From an uncultured Cetobacterium sp. (lineage in GTDB: Bacteria > Fusobacteriota > Fusobacteriia > Fusobacteriales > Fusobacteriaceae), in assembly GCA_900766645.1 (NCBI GenBank), contig CAAFWD010000215.1, positions 215 to 64,214 of the forward strand: 64,000 nt of DNA, in the 5' to 3' direction. This document shows, piece by piece, positions 1-10,786 of this stretch. Under the pieces are notes generated by a model, which saw only the letters and a program-made list of their open reading frames with translations, was not told where the DNA came from and made no database searches. Each line of letters begins with the position of its first letter. Positions within the stretch are counted from its first letter, which is position 1. Both the position numbers and the translations under genes were made by a program.

Positions 1-2
1 TA

Positions 3-2165
3 TTGGAAGCAGCTGTAAAGGCAGGAGCACCGAAGAATATTATTGGTTGGATAGATGAACCATCAGTTCAAGCATCAAATGATTTAATGAGAATGGCTGA
101 TTTAATATTAGCAACAGGTGGACCAGGAATGGTTAAAGCTGCATACTCATCAGGAACACCAGCAATAGGAGTAGGAGCAGGAAATACTCCAGTAATAATA
201 GATGAGTCAGCTCACATAAAAATGGCAGTTAACTCTATATTATTATCTAAGACATTTGACAATGGAGTAATATGTGCATCAGAGCAATCTGTAATTGTAC
301 CAGATTCAATATATGACGAAGTGAAAGCTGAGTTCTCAGCAAGAAATGCATATATTTTAAAAGGTGACGAAGTAGATAAAGTTAGAAAGACTATAGTTAT
401 AGATGGAAATTTAAATGGAGATATAGTGGGTCAATCGGCATATAAAATTGCACAGATGGCTGGTGTTGAAGTTCCTGAAAATACTAAAGTTTTAATAGGA
501 GAGGTTGAATCAGTAGAGTTAGAAGAAGCTTTCTCTCATGAAAAATTATCACCAGTGCTAGCTATGTACAGATCTCATAGTTTTAAAGAGTCGCTAAAAA
601 AAGCTGACAGATTAATAGAACTAGGAGGAATGGGGCATACTTCAGTTTTATATGCAGACGAATTAGAAGCTACAGACAGAATAGAGCAATTTGCAAAATT
701 AATGAAAACAGGAAGAACACTTATAAATATGCCTGCAGCTCAGGGAGCAATAGGAGATGTATTTAACTTTAAACTAGCTCCATCATTAACATTAGGATGT
801 GGATCATGGGGAGGAAACGCTGTTTCTGAAAATGTAGGAGTTAAACATTTAATCAATATTAAAACAGTGGCTAAAAGGAGAGAAAATATGTTATGGTTCA
901 GAATTCCAGAAAAAGTATACTTTAAATTCGGTTCACTTCCAGTGGCTTTAGAGGAGTTAAAAGGAAAGAAGAGAGCTGTAATCGTAACAGATCAACAATT
1001 AGCATCATTAGGATATACAGATCATATTACAACAGTTTTAGAAAAAGTGGGAGTAGACTTTAGAGTATTCTCAGACGTTCAAGCAGACCCAACACTATCA
1101 GTGGTAGAAAAAGGTGCAGAGCTTATGAGAGGATACAATCCAGATGTTATTATAGCTTTAGGTGGAGGTTCAGCAATGGACGCTGCAAAAATTATGTGGG
1201 TTATGTATGAGCATCCAAATGTAAACTTCCAAGATTTAGCAATGACATTTATGGATATTAGAAAAAGAATAGTACAATTCCCTAAAATGGGTAAGAAAGC
1301 TGAATTATGGGCAGTAGCAACATCGGCGGGAACAGGTTCAGAGGTAACTCCGTTTGCTGTAATAACTGATGATTCAACAGGGGTAAAGTATCCATTAGCA
1401 GACTACGAAATAACTCCAAACGTAGCAGTAGTTGATCCACAATTAATGTTAACAATGCCAGCAGGATTGACAGCTGCATCAGGAATTGACGTAGTGACAC
1501 ACGCGATAGAGGCTTATGCTTCAATAATGGCATCAGAGTTCACTAACCCATTAGCGTTAGAGGCAACAAGATTATCATTTAAATATCTTCCTGAATCTGT
1601 GAAGGGAGGAGCAACAGCTAAAAAAGCCAAGGAAAAAATGGCAAATGCTTCATGTATGGCTGGAATGGCATTTTCTAATGCATTCTTAGGAGTATGTCAC
1701 TCAATGGCTCATAAATTAGGAGCAGCATTCCACATTCCACATGGAGTAGCAAATGCGTTACTACTAGATGAGGTAATTAGATTTAATGCCACAGATAAAC
1801 CGTTTAAAATGGCAGGATTTGCACAATATAAATATCCAAATGCTAAGGAAAGATATGCTAAATTAGCAGATTACTTAGGAGTTACAAATGTTAATGAAAC
1901 ATTAGAAGAAAAAGTAAAAGAGTTAAGAAGAGCAATTTCTGATTTAAAGAAAGAGATTGGAATAAAAGCAACAATAGCTGAGTATGGAATTTCAGAGGAT
2001 GAGTTCCTATCTAAATTAGATAAAATGGTGGAGGATGCATTTGATGATCAATGTACTGGTGCTAATCCAAGATATCCATTAATGGTAGAATTAAAAGAGA
2101 TGTATTTAAGAGCATACTATGGACCAGAAAAATATTTAGAAAAAATAAAAGAAGAGAATAATTAA
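3..2165 (+). CDS. adhE: Bifunctional aldehyde-alcohol dehydrogenase AdhE (5' end truncated by window edge)
   Basis: ALDH motifs ATGGPGMV, FDNGVICASEQ, linker LTLGCGSWGGN; Fe-ADH motifs ALGGGSAMDAAK, CHSMAHKLG. Confidence 0.97.
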   Translation: MEAAVKAGAPKNIIGWIDEPSVQASNDLMRMADLILATGGPGMVKAAYSSGTPAIGVGAGNTPVIIDESAHIKMAVNSILLSKTFDNGVICASEQSVIVPDSIYDEVKAEFSARNAYILKGDEVDKVRKTIVIDGNLNGDIVGQSAYKIAQMAGVEVPENTKVLIGEVESVELEEAFSHEKLSPVLAMYRSHSFKESLKKADRLIELGGMGHTSVLYADELEATDRIEQFAKLMKTGRTLINMPAAQGAIGDVFNFKLAPSLTLGCGSWGGNAVSENVGVKHLINIKTVAKRRENMLWFRIPEKVYFKFGSLPVALEELKGKKRAVIVTDQQLASLGYTDHITTVLEKVGVDFRVFSDVQADPTLSVVEKGAELMRGYNPDVIIALGGGSAMDAAKIMWVMYEHPNVNFQDLAMTFMDIRKRIVQFPKMGKKAELWAVATSAGTGSEVTPFAVITDDSTGVKYPLADYEITPNVAVVDPQLMLTMPAGLTAASGIDVVTHAIEAYASIMASEFTNPLALEATRLSFKYLPESVKGGATAKKAKEKMANASCMAGMAFSNAFLGVCHSMAHKLGAAFHIPHGVANALLLDEVIRFNATDKPFKMAGFAQYKYPNAKERYAKLADYLGVTNVNETLEEKVKELRRAISDLKKEIGIKATIAEYGISEDEFLSKLDKMVEDAFDDQCTGANPRYPLMVELKEMYLRAYYGPEKYLEKIKEENN

Positions 2166-2207
2166 TAAAAAGAGATACTACCTTAATTTAAAGTTATTTG
2201 ATATACG

Positions 2208-2237
2208 CAAAAGAAGCCCTGAAAGGGGCTTCTTTTG
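2208..2237. terminator. Bidirectional intrinsic terminator between convergent adhE and DUF2147 gene
   Basis: CAAAAGAAGCCCT-GAA-AGGGGCTTCTTTTG inverted repeat. Confidence 0.85.
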
Positions 2238-2269
2238 TATTTTTTAAATATATTTATATATTTAATCTA

Positions 2270-2740
2270 TTAATTGTTGCCTTTTAATCTAGACCAAATC
2301 TGTTTAGAACCTATAAAACCAGACTTATCTAGACTTCCTTTAACAATAATAGTATTTTCATCTTTAAAAGTTATAGAACAATAGTATGTTTTGCCATTTT
2401 CAGGATTATAGATATTACCATTAATAAATTTATTTTTGTTCTTGTCGTAAGTGAAATTGCTAACGAAATCGATACCTTCTAATGTTCTTTTTTGTAAATC
2501 AGGATTTTGATTAGCAAGGTCCATCTTTTTTTGTCCTTCAAATTCGTGTCCTTCCTCATACACTGGGATAGTTAGTTTAGAAATTTTACCAAAATATTTA
2601 TCATTTTTTTGATAAAATTCTACTATTATTTGATTTCCATTTTTAGCCTTTTCTGTAATCCATTTTCCGATGATTGGATTTTCTGAAGAAAAAGAAAAAG
2701 TCCCAATCAATAGGGAAAGTAAAACAATAAATTTTTTCAT
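2270..2740 (-). CDS. DUF2147-family secreted/periplasmic protein
   Basis: Signal peptide; IIGKWIT, YFGKI, NP-D-KR-L-G, G-IYNPENGKTY, IG-KQIW motifs. Confidence 0.85.
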   Translation of the reverse strand: MKKFIVLLSLLIGTFSFSSENPIIGKWITEKAKNGNQIIVEFYQKNDKYFGKISKLTIPVYEEGHEFEGQKKMDLANQNPDLQKRTLEGIDFVSNFTYDKNKNKFINGNIYNPENGKTYYCSITFKDENTIIVKGSLDKSGFIGSKQIWSRLKGNN

Positions 2741-2894
2741 TTTTTATCTCCTTTATAAAATTTTATATTATTATAACAGGTGTTATACAAAAAAACAATA
2801 CTAGAAAAAAAGCACAAAATAAAAACTTTTTTTCTTTTATAAGTAATTATAAAAATAATTTATTTTTTTTATATAACATATACATTAAATAAAT

Positions 2895-2923
2895 TTGATT
2901 GTAAATAATAAAAGAGGTATATT
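2895..2923 (+). promoter_or_regulatory. Putative sigma70 promoter of peptide ABC operon
   Basis: TTGATT-17 bp-TATATT. Confidence 0.5.
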
Positions 2924-2976
2924 TTATTAACAATAATTATGGAAATGAAACTAAAATTTAAAACAGGGGGCACTAA

Positions 2977-4479
2977 ATGAAAAAGAGTTTATTAATTTTA
3001 AGTACATTAGTTGCTTTTTTAGGGTTAGGTTTAGAAGCTAAGGCTGATAAAGATACTCTAATAATAGCTCAAGGGGCAGATGCAAAAGTATTGGATCCTC
3101 ATGGATCTAACGATCAGCCATCATCAAGAGTATCAGGTCAGATATATGATACATTAGTAAAACAGGATTTAAATATGAATATTATTCCTGGGCTTGCAGA
3201 GTCTTGGACACAAGTTGATGATACAACAACTGAGTTCAAATTAAGAAAAGGAGTAAAGTTTCATAATGGACAAGAGCTAACAGCAGATGATGTAAAATTT
3301 ACATTAGATAGAATGAAAGAGTCTCCTGCAGTATCTCATATAATAAAAGCAGTAAGTTCAGTTGAAGTAGTTGATGATTATACAGTAAGAGTTAAAACGG
3401 ATAAACCGTTTGGAGCTCTTTTAGGACACTTAGCACATACAGCAACATCAATATTAAATAGAGAGGCAGTTGAAGCTGGAGGAGATCAATATGGTCAAAA
3501 TCCAGTAGGAACAGGACCTTATAAATTTGTTAATTGGCAAGCAGGAGATAGAATAACATTAATTGCAAACCCAGATTATTATATGGGAGAAGCACCTACA
3601 AAAAATGTTATTTTTAGAAGTATTGTTGAGGGAACAAATAGAACGATAGGATTAGAAACAGGAGAAGTAGATGTAGCATATGATTTAGAACCTATTGATA
3701 AAATGATGGTACAAGGTAATGATAATTTAGATTTCGTTGAAGAGCCATCTTTATCTATGGCATATTTAGGATTTAATGTTAAAAAAGCACCATTAGATAA
3801 TCTGAAAATTAGACAAGCTATTTCTTATGCTATAAATGTTCAGGATATAATAGACGTAGCTTATCAAGGATCAGCAACAAAAGCAAACTCACCGATAGGG
3901 CCAAAAGTATTTGGATATAATCCGAACGCAAAATCATATGAGTACAATCCTGAAAAAGCAAAACAACTTTTAAAAGAAGCTGGATTTGAAAATGGAGTAG
4001 ACTTAAAATTATGGGTAAATGATAATCCTACTAGAAGAGATATTGCTGTTATAATGCAAGATCAATTAAAACAAGTTGGAATTAATGTTACAATTGAGAT
4101 GCTTGAGTGGGGAGCTTATCTAGATGGAACAGCTAGAGGAGATCACGATATGTTCATATTAGGATGGGTTTCTGTAACTGGAGATGCAGATTATGGATTA
4201 GATCCTTTATTTAACTCTGCTAATCAAGGAGGAGCAGGAAATAGATCGTTCTACTCAAATCCTCAAGTTGATAAACTACTAACAGATGCTAAAAATTCAA
4301 CTGATCCTGAGAAGAGAAAAGAATATTATTATGAAGCTCAAGAGATAATTCAGGAAGAAGTACCTATTTTTACGATAGCATATACATCTCAAAATATAGG
4401 AAAACAAAATACAGTTAAAGATTTCCATATGCATCCAGCAGGACACCACAAAGTATATGGAGCATATAAAACAAAATAA
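2977..4479 (+). CDS. Peptide/glutathione ABC transporter substrate-binding protein (family 5)
   Basis: Signal peptide; LAESW, LRKGVKFHNG, PVGTGPY, YNPEKAKQLL motifs. Confidence 0.93.
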   Translation: MKKSLLILSTLVAFLGLGLEAKADKDTLIIAQGADAKVLDPHGSNDQPSSRVSGQIYDTLVKQDLNMNIIPGLAESWTQVDDTTTEFKLRKGVKFHNGQELTADDVKFTLDRMKESPAVSHIIKAVSSVEVVDDYTVRVKTDKPFGALLGHLAHTATSILNREAVEAGGDQYGQNPVGTGPYKFVNWQAGDRITLIANPDYYMGEAPTKNVIFRSIVEGTNRTIGLETGEVDVAYDLEPIDKMMVQGNDNLDFVEEPSLSMAYLGFNVKKAPLDNLKIRQAISYAINVQDIIDVAYQGSATKANSPIGPKVFGYNPNAKSYEYNPEKAKQLLKEAGFENGVDLKLWVNDNPTRRDIAVIMQDQLKQVGINVTIEMLEWGAYLDGTARGDHDMFILGWVSVTGDADYGLDPLFNSANQGGAGNRSFYSNPQVDKLLTDAKNSTDPEKRKEYYYEAQEIIQEEVPIFTIAYTSQNIGKQNTVKDFHMHPAGHHKVYGAYKTK

Positions 4480-4544
4480 GGGATATAAAGGGACCTGTTA
4501 AGGTTCCTTTAATTTCATAAAAGCTACGAAAAAAGGGGGCAACG

Positions 4545-5471
4545 ATGCATAAATATGTAATAAAAAGAATTTTATTATTGATACCAGTATTACTAGGGGT
4601 GTCATTTTTAGTATTTACGATAATGTCATTTACACCTGGTGATCCTGCGCAGCTAATCTTAGGAGAAAGTGCTCCAAAAGAAGCTGTAGCACAATTGAGA
4701 ATAGAGATGGGACTTAACGATCCTTTTATAGTTCAGTACTTCAGATTTGTAAAAAATGCAGTTATGGGAAATTTTGGGCAATCATATACAACAGGTAGAG
4801 AGGTTTTTGGAGAAATATTTTCTAGATTTCCAAATACTTTAATATTAGCGGTTTTAGGAATAATTATAGCTGTTTGCATAGGAATTCCATTAGGGATAAT
4901 TTCAGCTACAAGACAGTATACAATGATTGATAGTGTAAGTATGATTGGAGCTTTACTAGGAGTTTCAATGCCAGTATTCTGGTTAGGGTTAATGTTAATT
5001 TTAACATTCTCTGTAAATTTAAGATGGCTACCTTCAGGTGGTTTTGATGGATTGAAAAGTTTAATACTTCCATCAATAACTCTGGGAGTAGGGTCTGCAG
5101 CTATAATAACTCGTATGACCCGTTCATCTATGCTTGAAGTAATAAGACAAGACTATATAAGAACAGCAAGAGCAAAGGGTGTAGCAGAAAAAGTTGTTAT
5201 AAATAAGCATGCTTTAAAAAATGCGTTAATACCAGTAATAACAGTTGTGGGATTACAATTTGGAGGATTACTAGGGGGAGCAGTATTAACAGAGTCAGTT
5301 TATTCATGGCCTGGAGTTGGAAGAATGATGGTTGATGCAATAAGACAAAAAGATACTCCTACAGTATTAGCAGCAGTTGTATTTTTGGCAACAACATTCA
5401 GTATAGTAAATTTAGCAGTTGACATACTTTATGCATATGTTGATCCGAGAATAAAATCACAATATAAATAG
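4545..5471 (+). CDS. Peptide ABC transporter permease (DppB/GsiC-like)
   Basis: PGDPA, SMPVFWLG, QDYIRTARAKG, DPRI motifs. Confidence 0.93.
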   Translation: MHKYVIKRILLLIPVLLGVSFLVFTIMSFTPGDPAQLILGESAPKEAVAQLRIEMGLNDPFIVQYFRFVKNAVMGNFGQSYTTGREVFGEIFSRFPNTLILAVLGIIIAVCIGIPLGIISATRQYTMIDSVSMIGALLGVSMPVFWLGLMLILTFSVNLRWLPSGGFDGLKSLILPSITLGVGSAAIITRMTRSSMLEVIRQDYIRTARAKGVAEKVVINKHALKNALIPVITVVGLQFGGLLGGAVLTESVYSWPGVGRMMVDAIRQKDTPTVLAAVVFLATTFSIVNLAVDILYAYVDPRIKSQYK

Positions 5472-5482
5472 GGGGTAATACA

Positions 5483-6364
5483 GTGGCTACAATAAAGACT
5501 ACGAATGCAGGAAAAAAAAGAAGTCAATGGGCAGAGTTATGGAAAAATTTAAAGAAAAATAAAATGGCACTGTTTGGTTTAGTAATGTTGACAATTATAG
5601 TTTTATTAGCAATATTTGCAGATCAAATAGCTGATTATGATCAAGTTGTTATAAAGCAAAATTTAAGATATAGATTGAAACCACCTTCAGCAGAACATTG
5701 GTTAGGAACAGATGAGTTTGGAAGAGATATTTTTGCAAGATTAATACATGGAGCTAGAGTATCACTAAAAGTAGGTATAATAGCAGTAGGTATAGCTATT
5801 GTAGCGGGAGGTTTTTTAGGAGCCTTAGCAGGATATTATGGTGGGAAATTAGATAATATAGTAATGAGAGTTATGGATATTTTCTTAGCGGTACCAAGTA
5901 TTTTGTTAGCTATTGCAATTGTTTCTGCATTAGGACCAAATTTAATAAATCTAATGGTTGCAGTAAGTATATCTAATATACCTAGATATGCACGTATTGT
6001 AAGAGCCTCAGTTTTATCTATAAGAGATCAAGAATTTGTAGAAGCTGCTAGAGCAATTGGAGCTAGTGATGCTAGAATCATTATGAGACATATAATACCT
6101 AACTCGTTAGCACCAGTTATTGTTCAAGGGACTTTAGGAGTTGCAAGTGCTATCTTATCTACAGCAGGTTTAAGTTTTATAGGTTTAGGAATTCAGCCCC
6201 CAGCACCAGAATGGGGATCTATGCTATCAGGAGGAAGACAGTATTTAAGATACGCATGGTGGGTAACTACATTCCCAGGAGTATCTATAATGATAACTAT
6301 TTTATCATTAAATTTACTTGGAGATGGGTTAAGAGATGCGTTAGATCCGAGATTAAAACACTAA
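5483..6364 (+). CDS. Peptide ABC transporter permease (DppC/GsiD-like)
   Basis: HWLGTDEFGRD, FVEAARAIGA (EAA loop), PEWGSML, GDGLRDALDP. Confidence 0.93.
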   Translation: MATIKTTNAGKKRSQWAELWKNLKKNKMALFGLVMLTIIVLLAIFADQIADYDQVVIKQNLRYRLKPPSAEHWLGTDEFGRDIFARLIHGARVSLKVGIIAVGIAIVAGGFLGALAGYYGGKLDNIVMRVMDIFLAVPSILLAIAIVSALGPNLINLMVAVSISNIPRYARIVRASVLSIRDQEFVEAARAIGASDARIIMRHIIPNSLAPVIVQGTLGVASAILSTAGLSFIGLGIQPPAPEWGSMLSGGRQYLRYAWWVTTFPGVSIMITILSLNLLGDGLRDALDPRLKH

Positions 6365-6383
6365 TTTTTATGGGGAGAGGATT

Positions 6384-7388
6384 ATGGAAGATAAGTTATT
6401 AAATATAAAAAATTTATCAATAAATTATATAACAGAAGATGAAAAAGTTTTAGCAGTTAACGAATTGGAGATAGAGTTAGGTGAAGGGGAAACATTAGGA
6501 TTAGTAGGAGAAACTGGAGCTGGAAAAACGACGACAGCATTAGGAATAATGAGATTAGTACCAAATCCACCAGGAAAAATAATGTCAGGAGAGATTATTT
6601 TTCAGGGAAGAGATTTGTTACAACTTTCTGAAGAGGATATGAGATCGATAAGGGGAAGTCAGATAAGTATGATATTCCAAGATCCGATGACATCATTAAA
6701 TCCAGTTTTAACAGTAGGAGAGCAAATTGCAGAGGTTATTCAAATTCATGAGAAATTATCTGTAAAAGATTCGTTGGAAAAGGCTAGCCAAATGTTAGAG
6801 TTAGTAGGAATTCCAGGAAATAGATTGAATGACTATCCGCACCAATTTTCTGGTGGAATGAAACAGAGGGTTGTAATTGCCATAGCATTAGCATGTAATC
6901 CTAAGCTTCTTATAGCAGATGAACCAACAACAGCTTTAGATGTAACGATTCAAGCACAGGTTTTAGATTTGATGAATGATTTAAAAGAAAAATTAAAAAC
7001 GTCAATGCTTTTAATAACTCATGATTTAGGAGTTGTTGCACAAGTTTGTGATAAAGTTGCGATAATGTATGCAGGAGAAATAGTAGAATCTGGAACTCTT
7101 TATGATATATTTGAAAGACCAAAACATCCATATACTCATGGGTTATTTGATTCGATACCAAATTTAGAAGAAGAGACAACTAGATTAAAACCTATAAAAG
7201 GACTTATGCCAGACCCAACAGCACTTCCTTCAGGATGTAAGTTCCATCCTAGATGTCCATATGCTCAAGAAGTTTGCTCAAAGCAAAATCCAAATGTGAC
7301 AGATATAAATGGACAAAAAGTAAGATGTTTAGCTTATGAGGGAGTAATTCAGGTTAAAGAACTACAGGAGGGAAGAGATGGCAGATAA
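6384..7388 (+). CDS. Peptide ABC transporter ATPase (DppD/OppD-like)
   Basis: Walker [24 protein letters not shown]-terminal HPYT and Cys cluster. Confidence 0.93.
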   Translation: MEDKLLNIKNLSINYITEDEKVLAVNELEIELGEGETLGLVGETGAGKTTTALGIMRLVPNPPGKIMSGEIIFQGRDLLQLSEEDMRSIRGSQISMIFQDPMTSLNPVLTVGEQIAEVIQIHEKLSVKDSLEKASQMLELVGIPGNRLNDYPHQFSGGMKQRVVIAIALACNPKLLIADEPTTALDVTIQAQVLDLMNDLKEKLKTSMLLITHDLGVVAQVCDKVAIMYAGEIVESGTLYDIFERPKHPYTHGLFDSIPNLEEETTRLKPIKGLMPDPTALPSGCKFHPRCPYAQEVCSKQNPNVTDINGQKVRCLAYEGVIQVKELQEGRDGR

Positions 7389-8358
7389 AATTTTAGAAGT
7401 GAAGAACCTAAAAAAGTACTTTAACACACCAAAAGGACTTTTGCATGCTGTAGACGGAGTAACATTTAGTATAGAAAGAGGAAAGACTCTTGGAGTGGTT
7501 GGAGAATCTGGTTGTGGTAAATCTACAACAGGAAGAGTTGTTTTAAGACTTTTAGAAGCCACAGATGGAGAAATCTATTTTGAAGGAAAAAATGTAAGAG
7601 GATATAATAAAGATGAAATGGTAAAATTAAGAGAAGAAATGCAAATAATTTTCCAAGATCCATATGCATCATTAAATCCAAGAATGACTGTTAGTGAAAT
7701 TATAGCAGAGCCATTAATTATTCATAAAAAATGTTCTTCTAAAAAAGAATTAGATGAAAGAGTATTAGAGCTTATGGAAACAGTAGGATTAAGTGAAAGA
7801 TTAGTTAATACATATCCTCACGAGTTAGATGGAGGAAGAAGACAAAGAATCGGTATTGCGAGAGCACTAGCGTTGAATCCAAAATTTATTGTTTGTGATG
7901 AGCCTGTATCTGCATTGGATGTTTCGATTCAAGCACAGGTACTGAATCTAATGAAAGATTTACAAGAGGAATTTGGATTGACATATATGTTTATAACTCA
8001 TGACTTATCAGTTGTAAAACATTTTTCAGATGATATAGCTGTAATGTATTTAGGGGAATTAGTTGAAAAAGCACCAGCAAAAGAACTATTTAAAAATCCA
8101 ATTCACCCATATACTAAGGCGTTATTATCAGCTATTCCAGTTCCAAGTATAAAGCAAAAAATGAATAGAGAGAAACTGAAAGGAGAGATAACATCTCCTA
8201 TTAACCCTGGGGAAGGGTGTAGATTTAGAAAAAGATGTAGTATAGCAACTCCAGAGTGTGGAAATTCAACACCAGTTTTAAAAGAAGTTTCACCGGGACA
8301 TTTTTACGCATGCCATTTAATAGAAGAAGACAAAAATAATCAAGAAGAAAATAAATAA
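7378..8358 (+). CDS. Peptide ABC transporter ATPase (DppF/OppF-like)
   Basis: GESGCGKS, LDGGRRQR, CDEPVSALD, HPYT. Confidence 0.93.
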   Translation: MADKILEVKNLKKYFNTPKGLLHAVDGVTFSIERGKTLGVVGESGCGKSTTGRVVLRLLEATDGEIYFEGKNVRGYNKDEMVKLREEMQIIFQDPYASLNPRMTVSEIIAEPLIIHKKCSSKKELDERVLELMETVGLSERLVNTYPHELDGGRRQRIGIARALALNPKFIVCDEPVSALDVSIQAQVLNLMKDLQEEFGLTYMFITHDLSVVKHFSDDIAVMYLGELVEKAPAKELFKNPIHPYTKALLSAIPVPSIKQKMNREKLKGEITSPINPGEGCRFRKRCSIATPECGNSTPVLKEVSPGHFYACHLIEEDKNNQEENK

Positions 8359-8369
8359 TAAAAAAAGGA

Positions 8370-8411
8370 TAACTTCAAATTAGGATAATACTAATTTGAA
8401 GTTGTTTTTTT
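8370..8411 (+). terminator. Intrinsic terminator after peptide ABC operon
   Basis: AACTTCAAATTAG-GATAATA-CTAATTTGAAGTT followed by GTTTTTTT. Confidence 0.75.
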
Positions 8412-8423
8412 AAGGAGGCTTTT

Positions 8424-9893
8424 ATGGAAAAATTTGACAGTAGAAAATATTTGTTAACTAGTAAGATGGTATTGCTAAAAGCTTTTAATGAATTGTATCC
8501 AGAAGAGTGTTTAGTTATTAGAAATGCTTTGAATAATGGTGTATATGTGACAGTTCAAGGAAGGGAGTTAGTTTCAGAAGAACAGATAGAAAAAGTTAAA
8601 GAAAAAATGGAAGAGATTGTAAAAAAAGGATTGCCATTAAAAAAAACATTCTTTGAATCAGAAATGATAACAAGGGAAAATTTAATGGGATTAAGAGATG
8701 ATCTTTTAGATCTTCTTGAAAATACGGGAATTATTTCTTTTTATATATATGAGCTAGATGGATATAGAAGTTATTTTATAGAAGAGTTATATGGAAATAC
8801 AGGGTATGTAGATTTATTTGAACTTTATCAATATGATGAAGGAATGATATTGAAAACACCAAGGGATATAGATGGAGTTATACAAATTCCTAAAGTTATA
8901 GATGATAAAAAATTGGCGAAAGTGTATAAGGAAAGTTCTAAGTGGAATGATATAATGAATGTTTCTTGCTTAGGAAGTCTAAATAAAATAAATTTAGAAG
9001 GAAAAATAGTTGAATTAATTAGAGTGAATGAAACATTACATAATAAAAAAATGGCAAAAATAACAGAAAAAATAGTAGAAGACAAAGAAATAAAAATAAT
9101 AACAATAGCAGGACCGAGTTCTTCGGGGAAAACAACATTTAGTAATAAATTAAAATTACAACTTCTAGCTTCAGAGTTGAAACCGGTATTAATATCGTTA
9201 GATGATTATTATATAGGGAGAGACAATATTCCTATTGATTTAGATGGAAAAAAAGATTTTGAAAGTGTTTTAGCATTAGATTTAGAGTTATTAAATGAAA
9301 ATTTGAAGGGACTACTAAGAGGGGAAAGTGTGGAACTTCCTAAATATGACTTTTCAACTGGAAGCAGAAAAGAACAAGGAGAAATGATGGAATTACCGGA
9401 GGATGGGATAGTAATTTTAGAAGGAATACATGGTTTGAATGAAAAACTTTTAGAAGGGATACCATCTAGAAAAGTATTTAAAATATATATAAGTTGTTTA
9501 ACACAGTTAAATATAGATTTTCATAATAGAATAAAAACTAGTGTTGTAAGAAAGATGAGAAGAATTGTAAGAGATAGCATATCAAGAAATTTTGATGCTG
9601 AAGAAACATTGGAGATGTGGGATAGAGTTAGAAGAGGAGAAAGTAAAAATATATTTCCGTATCAGGAAAATGCAGATGTAATATTTGATACGAGTTTAAC
9701 CTATGAAATAGGAGTTTTAAAACCATATGTAGAGAGAGAGTTAATAAAGATAAAAATGAACAGCCCTCACTATAAGGAAGCGAGAAAACTTTTAAGGATG
9801 TTGAGTTATTTTACAACTATATCAGATAAGTACGTTCCAGATGATTCGATATTAAAAGAGTTTGTAGGAGGAAGTCATTTCTATGATTATTAA
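8424..9893 (+). CDS. Nucleoside (uridine) kinase family protein with N-terminal ThrRS-like extension
   Basis: AGPSSSGKTT P-loop, SLDDYY, EGIHGLN, RRIVRD, IFPYQENAD. Confidence 0.85.
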   Translation: MEKFDSRKYLLTSKMVLLKAFNELYPEECLVIRNALNNGVYVTVQGRELVSEEQIEKVKEKMEEIVKKGLPLKKTFFESEMITRENLMGLRDDLLDLLENTGIISFYIYELDGYRSYFIEELYGNTGYVDLFELYQYDEGMILKTPRDIDGVIQIPKVIDDKKLAKVYKESSKWNDIMNVSCLGSLNKINLEGKIVELIRVNETLHNKKMAKITEKIVEDKEIKIITIAGPSSSGKTTFSNKLKLQLLASELKPVLISLDDYYIGRDNIPIDLDGKKDFESVLALDLELLNENLKGLLRGESVELPKYDFSTGSRKEQGEMMELPEDGIVILEGIHGLNEKLLEGIPSRKVFKIYISCLTQLNIDFHNRIKTSVVRKMRRIVRDSISRNFDAEETLEMWDRVRRGESKNIFPYQENADVIFDTSLTYEIGVLKPYVERELIKIKMNSPHYKEARKLLRMLSYFTTISDKYVPDDSILKEFVGGSHFYDY

Positions 9894-9904
9894 GAAAAGT
9901 ATTT

Positions 9905-9958
9905 AATAAATTGCACCCTGAACCTTTCTGAGTGGAAGGCAAGGGTGCAATTTTTATT
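9905..9958. terminator. Long bidirectional hairpin between convergent kinase and folP
   Basis: AATAAATTGCACCCT...AGGGTGCAATTTTTATT outer stem with inner CCTT/AAGG stem. Confidence 0.75.
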
Positions 9959-10775
9959 TGTTAAAAAATATAATTTTATCAGCAATAGAAAAAGCTTTTT
10001 TGTGTTCTAAAACATCATGAACTCTTATAATTTTAGCACCTTTAGAAACTCCAATTGTATTTACAGCGATAGTACCTTCTGTTCTTTCTTTTGGAGAAAG
10101 AGATAGATCTAATCCTATAAATCCTTTTTTAGAAACTCCTAGAAGTAAAGGAGCCAGAGAGGAAAGTTCATCTAATCTATTTATAACCTCTATATTTTCA
10201 TCGTATCCTTTTCCAAAGCCAATTCCAGGATCAATAATTATTTTATTAGGATTCAAACCATTATTTTCAGCTATATTAAAAGTTTTCTGAAAGAATTTTT
10301 TCATTGATAGAATAATATCTTCAGAATATATTTTAGAATCTTGATTGTGCATGGCGATAACAACAGCATTATATTTAGCTGCTATTTTTGCCATTTCTCC
10401 ATTATCTTTTTGTAGTCCCCACACATCATTAATAATATGAGCGCCATTAGAAAGTGCAGCATCGGCGACTTGGTGTCTATAAGTATCTATAGATATAAGA
10501 CAATCAAATTTTTTAGAAATAGCTTTAATAACTGGGATTACACGATTCAATTCTTCTTCGAGAGAAACTTCAATATGCCCAGGTCTTGTAGATTGTCCTC
10601 CTATATCTATAATATCGGCACCGTCATTTAAAAGTTTTTCAGTTTGTTCTAAGGCTTTTTCAATGGAGTTAAATTGACCACCATCAGAAAAAGAATCAGG
10701 AGTAATGTTTAGGATACCCATAATTAAAGTTTTGTTGTCTAAAGAAAAAAATTTTCCAAGAGATTCGAAATGCAT
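9954..10775 (-). CDS. folP: Dihydropteroate synthase
   Basis: MGILNITPDSFSDGG, DIGGQSTRPG, SIDT, DPGIGFGK, RVHDV. Confidence 0.97.
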   Translation of the reverse strand: MHFESLGKFFSLDNKTLIMGILNITPDSFSDGGQFNSIEKALEQTEKLLNDGADIIDIGGQSTRPGHIEVSLEEELNRVIPVIKAISKKFDCLISIDTYRHQVADAALSNGAHIINDVWGLQKDNGEMAKIAAKYNAVVIAMHNQDSKIYSEDIILSMKKFFQKTFNIAENNGLNPNKIIIDPGIGFGKGYDENIEVINRLDELSSLAPLLLGVSKKGFIGLDLSLSPKERTEGTIAVNTIGVSKGAKIIRVHDVLEHKKAFSIADKIIFFNK

Positions 10776-10786
10776 GTATTACCTCC

